Positions 27,764 through 37,305 are shown, counted from the stretch's first letter. The stretch is 64,000 bases of DNA from an uncultured Planctomycetales bacterium (GCA_964612665.1 CAZTCI010000004.1:142376-206375), one strand, 5' to 3'. Notes: generated by a model from the letters alone, not told the origin. Program-made: numbers and translations.

Positions 27764-28972
27764 TTATTTGGACCACAATTCAGGAGCCGGGTTTAGGGTT
27801 TTTGTCAATACAAAGGCAGTCAGACCGCTGCTGACAAAAATTAGGAAGGCAATAAAAGTTAAACGTAAAACAAAGTAAGCATATTGATTAATTTGTTTGA
27901 CGGTGGTGATCCCTTTGATAATGAGAACGAGCACAACCGGCGCAAAAAAAAGCGAGGTGCGCGGGACCGTGAAAGGATATTTCTTTAACGCACCCAAGGT
28001 CACCAGTTCGACAAAAATAAAAAAGGCTATCGTTGTTAAATTTTTAGAGCGAAATTGATCTTTACGAATATTTGTTAAGAAACCATAAACCATTTCAAAA
28101 ATTCCAATCACCGCAAAAGGAATCCCAAATTTTTTAAAAGTTTTCGGCTTCTCCACAAACCAGCGGAAAAATAAATTACAGACACCCTCGCCGAATGTTT
28201 TAAAGAATTCGGGAATGGACTTCAGTGAAATAAAATAATCTGCCCAGTAATCCACAATCCTCACCGGTTTAAACCGCATGTCAAAACAGTAAGAGATCGT
28301 CGAGAAGAAGATACTCGCCAGTATAAACGTGAGTAAATATCGGCGTTGTTCAGGATTCTCCCGGCTCGCCAGCACTAAATTGTAAAAAACAATCGGAAGA
28401 AAGAAATAAGCTGGATAAGAAAAAAGCACGAGTGCCGGTAAAAGAGCCAGGATGATTCCATAACGGTTATCTTTGCGTGCCTGCAGAGTTTCTTGATTAT
28501 AAATAAATAAAATAAATAAAGCGGCGCTTAAGACATCCATTGAATATTGTTTAAGTTCTGCCGAGTAATAAATCAAAACCGCTGATGCGTTCCAACATAA
28601 AATAAAGGTTAGAACATCCAGTTTATTTTTGAATTCGTAATGGGCGATTTTAAGCCAAACAAAAAAAGCCGTAATCATGGCCGCAAAAGGAAGAAAGCGT
28701 AAGCTGATTAAATGATATTGGAAGGGCTGGGAAAATTTTTGGATGCAAAAAAGATAAAAGTGCGGGAAGACTTGGACGGCCATTAACATGTCATGAAAGA
28801 TGCGATAAGCGTCGAAGTCGCGAATGCTTTGAAAGACACAAAGCTCATCATTCCATAAAGGCCGCATGCAAAGTAAATGCAAAACGCAAAGCCATAGATA
28901 CCAAGAGGCAGCTGCGATAATGACAAATTTTAGAAAGCGTTCTAAGGGAGATGTTTGGGGTGATTGGTTCAT
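27764..28972 (-). CDS. GT-C superfamily membrane glycosyltransferase (ArnT/PMT-like)
   Basis: Polytopic membrane protein with the N-terminal periplasmic-loop motif RPLWNDE characteristic of GT-C polyprenol-phosphate-sugar-dependent transferases. Confidence 0.5.
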   Translation of the reverse strand: MNQSPQTSPLERFLKFVIIAAASWYLWLCVLHLLCMRPLWNDELCVFQSIRDFDAYRIFHDMLMAVQVFPHFYLFCIQKFSQPFQYHLISLRFLPFAAMITAFFVWLKIAHYEFKNKLDVLTFILCWNASAVLIYYSAELKQYSMDVLSAALFILFIYNQETLQARKDNRYGIILALLPALVLFSYPAYFFLPIVFYNLVLASRENPEQRRYLLTFILASIFFSTISYCFDMRFKPVRIVDYWADYFISLKSIPEFFKTFGEGVCNLFFRWFVEKPKTFKKFGIPFAVIGIFEMVYGFLTNIRKDQFRSKNLTTIAFFIFVELVTLGALKKYPFTVPRTSLFFAPVVLVLIIKGITTVKQINQYAYFVLRLTFIAFLIFVSSGLTAFVLTKTLNPAPELWSK

Positions 28973-28984
28973 TTGAATTTGCGT

Positions 28985-29045
28985 GAATGAGCGAAGGAGC
29001 GGGCGCCCCGCTTCGGCGTAAAGCGCTGCGGCGGGGCGCCCGGCG
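28985..29045 (-). other. GC-rich intercistronic hairpin inside the minus-strand operon
   Basis: gggcgccccgc...gcggggcgccc 11-bp perfect stem in otherwise AT-rich DNA, between two co-directional minus-strand genes. Confidence 0.5.
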
Positions 29046-29058
29046 TCTTTATTTCAGC

Positions 29059-29739
29059 TTACAGCAGCTTCTGCGTCAGAATATAAACCATCGTCGGATG
29101 TTTTAAGCAATACATCATGTGCGTACGTTTCAAAGCGACATAAGGCTCGAACCCAGATTTCATAAAAAATGCCTTGGCCTTTTCCGACATGGTGGCGAGA
29201 TGCACACCGCTGACTTTATGTTCTCTTAAATAGTTCAGATAATATTCAATAAGACGGCCGCCGATTTTTTGATTGCGGTAAGCATTGTCGATATTGATAT
29301 GCAAGACGGCAGGATATTTCTCGGTCAAATCGGGAAAGTGCAGATTGCCCTGCAAAAATGCCTTGGCTGATTCCAAAAGAAAGCGCAAAGATTTCTTATT
29401 GACGAGAAAACCGCGCTGAATGAGTTTCAAAATTAATTTAGGCAGAATTCTTGAATTAAATACCCTCATCATCCCGCGCTCATCCAGCGTCCCGGTCAAA
29501 TAACCAATTGTTTTGCCCCGATGTTCCGCCACAAAACAGGATTCGGGTTCATAATCCGTAAAATAAATGGTTAGAAAATCCGCAAGGACTTCATCATCTT
29601 CGAAGAATTGATAACGCGGAAATCCGGCGAAAGATGTTTCGCAGCTGATCAGACGGACACTTTCCCGGTCAGAAGGTTTAAAAGGGCGGATCACAATATT
29701 AGAAAAAATAAAACTCATTTTAGTTTTAAAGCCCTCCAT
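29059..29739 (-). CDS. GNAT-family N-acetyltransferase
   Basis: Acetyl-CoA binding motif region (RNQKIGGRLIEYYLNYLREHKVSGVHLATMSEKAKAFFMKSGFEP). Confidence 0.55.
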   Translation of the reverse strand: MEGFKTKMSFIFSNIVIRPFKPSDRESVRLISCETSFAGFPRYQFFEDDEVLADFLTIYFTDYEPESCFVAEHRGKTIGYLTGTLDERGMMRVFNSRILPKLILKLIQRGFLVNKKSLRFLLESAKAFLQGNLHFPDLTEKYPAVLHINIDNAYRNQKIGGRLIEYYLNYLREHKVSGVHLATMSEKAKAFFMKSGFEPYVALKRTHMMYCLKHPTMVYILTQKLL

Positions 29740-31103
29740 GCTGTGGCCGACAAAGGCAGATTGCCAGAACGCATTCTAACCGACGTCAGTATATAATCCG
29801 GGTCTTTAAGTTCTTTTAAAGGAAACCGAATAATTAAATCTTGTTTGTTAAATTTAACTTCGACACCCGCAACTTCAATGTCCTTTTGCTTATCATAAAA
29901 CTTAAGCCGTGTCCCCCAATTGCTCATTGAAATGCGGATCTTGGGCATATCGGCGAAAGGGATTTTCTTGTTATAACTAAAAAGGAAAAGATTTGTGCCC
30001 AATAATTTGTCTTTCCAGCGCTGAGATGTAATTTTAATTTCAAGAAAACCTTTAGCCTTAGTGTAAACGACAGACTCAATGAATTTATTCTGGACGTCTT
30101 TTTCTTCTGGAAATTGACCTTCAACACCGGTCAATTTTTCTAAATGACTTTGTCCGATTGGCTGGATTTCTTTTTCTTTTACCTCGACGACTGGATACCG
30201 GCCGAAAAGTTCATTTTTCCGCGCGAATGTAAAAAGATAAGGAGGATTATACTCGATTTGGCTTTTATAAAGATTAATCATGTCGTATTTCTTTTGAATG
30301 ACGGCTTTTTCTAAAGGCAGCGAAAACCAGCTAAGATCATGATTTAATTTGGCTGGCGGAATAATTTCAGAATCTGGATGATAACCCCGGGGCTTCGGCC
30401 AGCCCGATAAATGGATAAGATAAGGATAAATTGCGGGTGCCGGTATTTGATCTTCTATATCCCATAAAGCTACCTGCAAAAAAAGAAAACACGCCCGATG
30501 GTCACCGTTACTGTCTACCGGATTGGTCACAAAAATTTTTGTCGGTTTGAAATCTAAAAGAATTTTATCCAAATCTCTTAAAATGTTGTCGCCGAGATAA
30601 GCGGCGTTAGGTGAAAAGGCGTCTTTGTAAGGGACCTGCTGGACACGTGTGAAAAGACTTTTAAAAGGTTTAACCGCACCCCAGTATGAAATAAATATAT
30701 TGAATGTCCCAAAATCCGGATAACCTAAAAAAATCAACTGATCATCTTTAAGGCCTGCCAATCTCATTGCTTTGACAGCTTCATCGCGGCGGATACGGCC
30801 GTAATTGATAAAGGCATTTTTGCGGATAACAAGATGTTTGGAATAAATGATAAAAGCCAATTCATTATTGTCACCGTTCGTTAAATACACTACTTTAATG
30901 GGAATTCCTTGTTTAACCGCTTGCTGGATAACGCCCGCTGTTCCGATGGCTTCATCGTCGGGATGAGGAGCAAAAATCAGAATCCGGTCATCAGCGGTTA
31001 AGGTCGGAAGAGGTTCCGTCGTTATATTTTCTGCAAATCCGCTCACAGCACAGCAGAGCATGATCGCAATTAGAATAAGAATCTTTTTAATTTTCAATGG
31101 CAT
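29715..31103 (-). CDS. secreted PIG-L/LmbE-family N-acetylglucosaminyl deacetylase with extra C-terminal domain
   Basis: Signal peptide MPLKIKKILILIAIMLCCAVSGFA followed by ILIFAPHPDDEAIGTAG (LmbE/PIG-L zinc-binding motif). About 220 additional C-terminal residues of unknown fold. Confidence 0.6.
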   Translation of the reverse strand: MPLKIKKILILIAIMLCCAVSGFAENITTEPLPTLTADDRILIFAPHPDDEAIGTAGVIQQAVKQGIPIKVVYLTNGDNNELAFIIYSKHLVIRKNAFINYGRIRRDEAVKAMRLAGLKDDQLIFLGYPDFGTFNIFISYWGAVKPFKSLFTRVQQVPYKDAFSPNAAYLGDNILRDLDKILLDFKPTKIFVTNPVDSNGDHRACFLFLQVALWDIEDQIPAPAIYPYLIHLSGWPKPRGYHPDSEIIPPAKLNHDLSWFSLPLEKAVIQKKYDMINLYKSQIEYNPPYLFTFARKNELFGRYPVVEVKEKEIQPIGQSHLEKLTGVEGQFPEEKDVQNKFIESVVYTKAKGFLEIKITSQRWKDKLLGTNLFLFSYNKKIPFADMPKIRISMSNWGTRLKFYDKQKDIEVAGVEVKFNKQDLIIRFPLKELKDPDYILTSVRMRSGNLPLSATAWRALKLK

Positions 31104-32729
31104 TTACAATGCTTTCTTTTTTAATATTAATGTCCCATGATTCCACGCCCAGCCTGGTGGATTCATCCAATCACCAATACGCACCGCGGGTTCATAATTA
31201 TTATTTATGTACTGGGCGATCAATGGACAATACGTCTGGCCTAAAATACCTAACCCTTGTTCTGCCGAACTAAAACGGCTTGATAAAACCACATAAGCAA
31301 CATTCTGATTTTTTAATTCATCAATAATCCGTTTTTCTTGTTCGGTTGGAATTTTAATGTGTTCAAAGAAAATCAACTGCCTGGTTGGGCTTTTTTTACC
31401 TGTTAAATAATAGTAAAGACAGTCATAAGGTAAAGCAAAAAATGTTTCATTATTTTGTAGATGGCTGGTTAGAAATTCGGTCGTTACATCTACGGTTTTA
31501 ATCCAGTTGATATCATTGCCGACATACACTTGGCCTTTAGGATAGGTCAAAAAATGTCCAGGCGTTTTATAATGCTCAATAATTTTAAACTGCGGCCAAA
31601 ACTGTGAAAGTCCCACCAATAAAAAACAACCATACAAAAAGTTTTTCCAAACACGAGAAATTTGAAGTGTGGCGACGGCAATAAAGCTAAACATAAGCAT
31701 CAATTGAAATGGTTTGGCCCAGAACGAACGATACAAAACGCCGCTGCGCAAGAATTCATGCATACTTGTCAGGTAAAAAATAATTAAAATGCCGATGAAC
31801 AAAATGATGTCCATACGTTTGTTTGACTCGATCTTTCCTTTAATTAAAAGAAAGACGCTATAAAAAATTGATAAGTTAAGCACAACGGCAAAGACTTTAT
31901 TGGCTAAAACCAATTTTATGTTGTTCCAGGTAATTTCGAATAGAACCTGTAGAGCCTTCACTGGTGATGTTTCATAAGGCTGATCTCCGCCCCAGTACGG
32001 AAAACATTGACGGATTTCATGAATCGTCAATCCGCGCACCAGCCAAGAATAAATTCCAAGGACAGCCGCCGGAAAAAGCAAAATAGCGGCGGCGTAGAAA
32101 TATTTTTTGGCGGCGCCAAAATTATTTTTCTTGAATTTATCAATTAGGAAAACCGAAATCAGCAAAGCGGCTAAAGAACTAAACGCAAAGTTGATTTTAA
32201 TGAAAGCTAAAAGAAAAAGACTTCCTAACGCCCAGAAAAGATAACGCGGTTGAGCATCTTTTAAATACAGATTGAGCGCATAGAAAGCCAGATTAACCAT
32301 GACAATGCCGCCGACATGGTTGTAGGTAAAGAAAAAATCCGCATTAAATATCCAAAACCACAAAGCGGTTAGAAAACTTAAGAATGGAGAAAAAAACAAG
32401 GCCATCGCCCCATAGATCAAAGTGCCAGCTATAAGATTGAGAAGGAGTTTCCCAATTAAAATGCTATGGATGCTAATACCCAAAAGCAGATTGAAGAGCC
32501 CATAATAAAGGATCATGAGCGGCCCGTAGACCCACCAATAATCTTTGTAAGGCTGGCCGCCAGATAGTATCTGTTCAAAAGCGTACAAATCCCGCCCGTG
32601 ATCACCTTGGGCCAGATAATCCTGGAAGTTGTGATAAGGCGCCAGCAAAACGCAGCCCGCCAGAATTGTTAAAATTAAAAATAGGTGTTGTTGGGGTTTA
32701 TTTTTGGTTAGTTCTGTAAGGAAATTCAT
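31104..32729 (-). CDS. large polytopic membrane protein, putative GT-C-type glycosyltransferase
   Basis: 541 aa with more than 10 predicted TM helices. First gene of the minus-strand operon. No confident family assignment. Confidence 0.4.
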   Translation of the reverse strand: MNFLTELTKNKPQQHLFLILTILAGCVLLAPYHNFQDYLAQGDHGRDLYAFEQILSGGQPYKDYWWVYGPLMILYYGLFNLLLGISIHSILIGKLLLNLIAGTLIYGAMALFFSPFLSFLTALWFWIFNADFFFTYNHVGGIVMVNLAFYALNLYLKDAQPRYLFWALGSLFLLAFIKINFAFSSLAALLISVFLIDKFKKNNFGAAKKYFYAAAILLFPAAVLGIYSWLVRGLTIHEIRQCFPYWGGDQPYETSPVKALQVLFEITWNNIKLVLANKVFAVVLNLSIFYSVFLLIKGKIESNKRMDIILFIGILIIFYLTSMHEFLRSGVLYRSFWAKPFQLMLMFSFIAVATLQISRVWKNFLYGCFLLVGLSQFWPQFKIIEHYKTPGHFLTYPKGQVYVGNDINWIKTVDVTTEFLTSHLQNNETFFALPYDCLYYYLTGKKSPTRQLIFFEHIKIPTEQEKRIIDELKNQNVAYVVLSSRFSSAEQGLGILGQTYCPLIAQYINNNYEPAVRIGDWMNPPGWAWNHGTLILKKKAL

Positions 32730-32949
32730 TTTGACGAGGCGCTGAAATCTTTGAAATAATAAATGTTTGTGAGTCTACTGGAGTCATTCTAGTGATTCGC
32801 TGTATGTGTGCGGCCATTATAGGGAAGAGAGGCTTCCGGCTCAATCATTTAGTTACAAATTTGTCTTTAGATTTGATTATAGTGGGGCTTTGATGTACAA
32901 TGCTGGCGATTTTGAGTAAAAGCCTTCCTTTAAATTTTCCAAAGGACCA

Positions 32950-33840
32950 TTGTTGATGCAAACTCAAACCCAGTTGCCTGAAGTTGAGGTTCCCAAAGAC
33001 ACAGATTACTTGGGCGTTTACTTAACCAACCGTTGTTTCCTTTCCTGCTCCTACTGCATCACCAATTACAACGAACAATTTATAAATCTAAAAAAATTCC
33101 GCGAGCTTGAAGCGTCCGAATGGGTTGAGGCTTTAAACCGTTTGAAACTTCCCCCCGGCGTTCCTTTAACGTTTCAAGGAGGGGAGCCTTTTATTCATAA
33201 AGGGATTTGGGAAATTCTGGAGAATGTTCATCACAAAATTGATATTCTGACAGCCTTACCGCCGCAAGTTACCGTCGAGAGATTTACACAATTAAAGACG
33301 CTCGTATGGAACAAACGCCCCGCCCCCTATCCCACCATTAGGGTCAGTTTCCATAAAGGGCAAAACGATTACAAAAAATTAATTGAGCGCATCAAAAAAC
33401 TGCAAAAGATTGTCAGTATCGGTTTATACCATATTGAACACCCTGCCTATCCCGAATTAATTGAAGAAATCCGCCAATACGCTAGAGCCGAAGGCGTTGA
33501 ATTCCGTACCAAAACTTTTTTGGGCGAGTATAACGGTAAACTTTATAGTGAATACAGATATCCCGATGCCTGCAAGGGAAAAATAGTTCGTCCGTTGGTC
33601 CAATGCAAGAATACGGTTTTTCCGATTGGCCCGGATGGGACCGTTTACCGTTGTCATTCGGATTTGTATTCTATCCGACGAGAATTGAGCATTGGAAATC
33701 TTCTCGATCCTGATTTAAAACTCGAACACAAGTACCGCGACTGCCGCTTTTATGGGACATGCATTCCCTGTGATGTGAAAGTGAAGACCAACCATTTGCA
33801 GCAACAAGGTTATACATCGGTGGACATCCTCTTTCCTTAA
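32950..33840 (+). CDS. radical SAM protein
   Basis: CxxxCxxC motif (NRCFLSCSYC) about 30 aa from the N-terminus. Additional C-terminal cysteines (CHSD, CRFYGTCIPC). Confidence 0.6.
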   Translation: MLMQTQTQLPEVEVPKDTDYLGVYLTNRCFLSCSYCITNYNEQFINLKKFRELEASEWVEALNRLKLPPGVPLTFQGGEPFIHKGIWEILENVHHKIDILTALPPQVTVERFTQLKTLVWNKRPAPYPTIRVSFHKGQNDYKKLIERIKKLQKIVSIGLYHIEHPAYPELIEEIRQYARAEGVEFRTKTFLGEYNGKLYSEYRYPDACKGKIVRPLVQCKNTVFPIGPDGTVYRCHSDLYSIRRELSIGNLLDPDLKLEHKYRDCRFYGTCIPCDVKVKTNHLQQQGYTSVDILFP

Positions 33841-33911
33841 TTAATGATTCGAATATTAATTTTTAGGTTATGGTAACGAAGCCGGTTTCGTTAGGGGTTT
33901 GGGGTTAGGTG

Positions 33912-33943
33912 TTACTGGCCTTTTGCAATGCAAAAGTCAGTAA
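33912..33943. mobile_element. miniature derivative of the family C MITE-like element (32 bp)
   Basis: ttactggccttttgcaatgcaaaagtcagtaa joins the two termini of the 95-bp element. Sits inside a family D inverted repeat (33893..33989). Confidence 0.6.
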
Positions 33944-34031
33944 AAACATTTTATGTTATGATTCTTAGACTTTACCCTAACCTAAAACCGAAATGGGTCT
34001 CCTAACCTTAACCGTTAAGAAAAGTCAATCA

Positions 34032-35018
34032 ATGGGCCGCCCAAGAAAAGTTCTCATTGTTAAAACGGGATTTTCCGAATTTTTAGACCGCGGGATTTCG
34101 ACGACGGTGAGTTTAGGCGATGTGCATATTTGTACGGCGCTTTTGCATATTTATAAGAACGATAGTGTGACTTGGATGACTTCTTGGGACGCGCGGTTGC
34201 TTTTTAAGGATAATCCTTATGTTAAAGAGTTGCTGATCTTCGGGCCTCAAGCCATTCAAAAGATCACACAGGCGTCTTATGATCTTCTGATAAATTTGGA
34301 AAAAGACATCGGCATCTGCACCTTCTTACGTCACGTTAAAGCCAAAAAGCGTTTTGGGTTTTATTTTAGCGACCGTATCCATAATATTGCAACGCATAAT
34401 CGTGCCACTAAATATCTTTTAGCCGGACAGGAGAACCACCGCAACATTGATAAATCTGTTTTTGAAATTCTATATGAGGCCGTTGGGGAAAAGTGGAGCG
34501 GGCAGCTGCCGGTGTTTTCCCGTCAGCATAAAAGCGAAATTCGTTACGATGTTGGGTTTAACTACTCCGTCGGAACCAAATGGCCAACGAAGGCGTGGCC
34601 GGATGATAAATGGACGACGCTAGAAACGCTGCTTACGCCGCAATTCAAGATCAGCTGGCAGCGCGGACATCGGAACATTCTTCAATACGTTGACTGGTTA
34701 GACAGCTGCCGGGTTATTGTCACCTCCGATTCGCTGGCGCAATCGTTGGGTGTGGCGCTTGATAAAAAAGTCATTGTGCTTTATGGTCCAACCAATTCTC
34801 GTCGGGTGGAAGGACTTAAGAATTTGGAGGTCATCACATCATGTTTGGATTGTCCGCACATGCCGTGTTTTTCGCCGGTTTGTAAATTTGACCGTTTTTG
34901 TATGGATTATATTTCGCCCGAGCAGGTCGCGGGGATTTGCAGGTCTTGGCTGTCGTCGTCGGAAAGAAGTAAAGAAGCAGAGAAGCAAGAAATAGAGATG
35001 CAGAGAGTATTAATATAG
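34032..35018 (+). CDS. glycosyltransferase family 9 (LPS heptosyltransferase-like)
   Basis: VLIVKTGFSEFLDRGISTTVSLGDVHICTALLHIYKND matches the GT9 N-terminus (KILIIR.SSLGDV...). The C-terminal approximately 20 residues are encoded by repeat A5. Confidence 0.6.
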   Translation: MGRPRKVLIVKTGFSEFLDRGISTTVSLGDVHICTALLHIYKNDSVTWMTSWDARLLFKDNPYVKELLIFGPQAIQKITQASYDLLINLEKDIGICTFLRHVKAKKRFGFYFSDRIHNIATHNRATKYLLAGQENHRNIDKSVFEILYEAVGEKWSGQLPVFSRQHKSEIRYDVGFNYSVGTKWPTKAWPDDKWTTLETLLTPQFKISWQRGHRNILQYVDWLDSCRVIVTSDSLAQSLGVALDKKVIVLYGPTNSRRVEGLKNLEVITSCLDCPHMPCFSPVCKFDRFCMDYISPEQVAGICRSWLSSSERSKEAEKQEIEMQRVLI

Positions 35019-35090
35019 AAGTAGAGAAGTAAGAGGTAGAGATGTAGAGAAAATCTCTACATCTTTGCTTCTTTACCTCTCTACCTCTCT
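34961..35090. repeat. family A palindromic repeat, copy A5 (extra purine-rich half-arm plus full palindrome)
   Basis: gaaagaagtaaagaagcagagaagcaagaaatagagatgcagagagt then agaagtagagaagtaagaggtagagatgtagagaaaatctctacatctttgcttctttacctctctacctctct. Confidence 0.75.
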
Positions 35091-35118
35091 CGCGGAAAGT
35101 AAACTTAAAAGAACATCA

Positions 35119-36111
35119 ATGCGCAAAATACTCGTAACAGGCGGCGCCGGATACGTCGGCGCTGTTTTAATTCCTAAACTATTAACCAAAGGATACGAGG
35201 TCAAAGTGATCGACCTTTATCTGTACGGCGAAAACGTTTTGGATAAAGTCAAAGATCATCCGGGCTTAACTCAAATTAAAGGCGATATCCGGGATTTAGA
35301 TCTTCTTCGTCGGGAAATGCCGGGAACAGATGCGGTCATTCATCTGGCCTGCATTTCTAACGATCCCAGTTATGAATTAAATCCAGCGCTTGGAAAATCA
35401 ATTAACTATGACGCTTTTCTTCCTCTCGTTGATACAGCCAAGCGTGAAGGCGTTAAGCGTTTTATTTTTGCCTCGAGTTCAAGCGTTTATGGCGTTAAAG
35501 AAGAGCCGGACGTTACTGAAGAACTTTCGCTCGAGCCATTGACGGATTATTCAAAGTACAAAGCGTTGTGCGAAGAATATCTTTTAAAACAGCAGTCTGA
35601 TAACTTTACAGTTTTGATTCTTCGCCCGGCGACAGTTTGCGGTTATTCGCCGCGTTTGCGTCTTGATCTGACAGTCAACATTTTAACGAATCACGCCGTC
35701 AACAAAGGCAAGATCACGGTCTTTGGCGGCGAACAAAAGCGCCCAAACATTCATATTGCAGACATGACCGATCTTTATGTGAAAACATTGAGCTATTCAA
35801 AGGAAAAAATTGCCGGCAAGATCTTTAACGCCGGCTATCAAAATTACAAAGTGATCCAACTGGCCGAAATGGTCAAAAAGGTCGTCGGAAATCCGAACCT
35901 TCAAATGGAAATTGTGGCGTCGGATGATAAGCGTTCGTATTGTGTGTGTTCAGAGAAAATCAAACGTGAACTGGGGTTTGTGCCAAAGCATACTGTTGAA
36001 GACGCCATCCGTGATTTGAAAGAAGCGTTTGAGAATCAGTGGATCAAGGATGCGTCTGGCGATATTCGTTACTACAATATTAAAACAATGCAAGCGGTTC
36101 AGCTGAGTTAG
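35119..36111 (+). CDS. NAD-dependent epimerase/dehydratase (UDP-sugar 4-epimerase-like)
   Basis: KILVTGGAGYVG Rossmann motif. YxxxK catalytic pair (YSKYK). Confidence 0.75.
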   Translation: MRKILVTGGAGYVGAVLIPKLLTKGYEVKVIDLYLYGENVLDKVKDHPGLTQIKGDIRDLDLLRREMPGTDAVIHLACISNDPSYELNPALGKSINYDAFLPLVDTAKREGVKRFIFASSSSVYGVKEEPDVTEELSLEPLTDYSKYKALCEEYLLKQQSDNFTVLILRPATVCGYSPRLRLDLTVNILTNHAVNKGKITVFGGEQKRPNIHIADMTDLYVKTLSYSKEKIAGKIFNAGYQNYKVIQLAEMVKKVVGNPNLQMEIVASDDKRSYCVCSEKIKRELGFVPKHTVEDAIRDLKEAFENQWIKDASGDIRYYNIKTMQAVQLS

Positions 36112-36192
36112 TCGTTCGTTTGTTCGTCGTTCGAGGAAATCGTCCTTTTATTTTGAAATAAAAGAACGAATTCCTCGAACAACGAAAGCAGA
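36112..36192. repeat. family B palindromic repeat, copy B2
   Basis: gtcgttcgtttgttcgtcgttcgaggaaatcg...cgaattcctcgaacaacgaaagca. The arms pair as tcgttcgaggaa / ttcctcgaacaacga. Confidence 0.75.
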
Positions 36193-36336
36193 GACTGTTG
36201 AATAATGAAATTTGAACGCGAATATGCGCGAATTATTCGCGATATTCGTGTGAAATTCGCGAAAATTCGCGTTGACATTCAATCTTTCAATGTCTCAAAG
36301 CACGAACGACGCTTCGCCAAACTAAAACAACCAAAC

Positions 36337-37305
36337 ATGCCGTTAATAACCTCTGAGATTAAGAAACAACTCCTAACCAAGATGCTTAAAATCCGCGCTG
36401 CGGAAGAAAAGATCGTCGATGTTTACACGAAAGAGCAGCAGATCCGCACGCCTACGCATTTGTCGATTGGGCAAGAGGCGGTTGCGGCCGGGCTTTGTCA
36501 GGCGCTTACAAAAGAAGATCAGGTTTTTGCTGGACATCGTTGTCACGCGGTTTACTTGGCCAAGGATGGAGATTTGAACGCGTTTTTCGCGGAACTTTGC
36601 GGACGGATTACCGGCAGCAGCCGCGGGCGCGCCGGGTCGGCTCATTTAACAGACGTTGACAACGGTGTTTACTCTTCGCCGATTTTAGGCGCGATGATTC
36701 CTGTTGCCGTCGGGGCGGCAATGACATTTCAAATGGATCAAAAACCGAATGTCGCGGTTGCCATGTTTGGTGACGGCGCCATTGAAGAAGGGATTCTTGC
36801 GGAAAGTTTGAATTTTGCAATCACCAAAAAACTTCCAATCCTTTTTTTGTGTGAGAACAATTTGTATTCAACGCATTCACCTTTAAAAGTCCGCCAACCT
36901 TCTTCTGCGATTCATGAACGTCTGCGATTGAAAGAACTCAAAACCCAGCAGATCGACGGAAATGACGTCATCTTAGTTTATCAAACTATTTTAAACGCGA
37001 TTGAACAGATCCGCGAAGGCTGGGGCCCGAGCTTTGTTGAATGTTTAACGTACCGGATCCGTGAGCACGTCGGACCTTTGTTCGACTACGACCGCGGTTA
37101 TCGCAGCGAACAAGAAGTCCGTCAGTGGATGGACCGCTGTCCGGTTAAGCGTTACCGCAATCGATTGCTGGCCGAAAGAGTTTTTACGCTAACTGAAATT
37201 GAAGCGGAAGAAAAGAAATGGCAATACCTCGCCGATGAAGCTTATGCTAGTGCGCTTAAAGAGCCGTGGCCGTCGTCGGAAGATTTATTAAAATTTGTAT
37301 ATTAA
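36337..37305 (+). CDS. thiamine-diphosphate-dependent dehydrogenase E1 component, alpha subunit (PDH/acetoin DH E1-alpha-like); alternative upstream start 36205
   Basis: ThDP-binding GDGAIEEG...NN motif (FGDGAIEEGILAESLNFAITKKLPILFLCENNLYS). Followed by an E1-beta gene. The region 36205..36336 is rich in TTCGCGA repeats and may be regulatory rather than coding. Confidence 0.7.
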   Translation: MPLITSEIKKQLLTKMLKIRAAEEKIVDVYTKEQQIRTPTHLSIGQEAVAAGLCQALTKEDQVFAGHRCHAVYLAKDGDLNAFFAELCGRITGSSRGRAGSAHLTDVDNGVYSSPILGAMIPVAVGAAMTFQMDQKPNVAVAMFGDGAIEEGILAESLNFAITKKLPILFLCENNLYSTHSPLKVRQPSSAIHERLRLKELKTQQIDGNDVILVYQTILNAIEQIREGWGPSFVECLTYRIREHVGPLFDYDRGYRSEQEVRQWMDRCPVKRYRNRLLAERVFTLTEIEAEEKKWQYLADEAYASALKEPWPSSEDLLKFVY

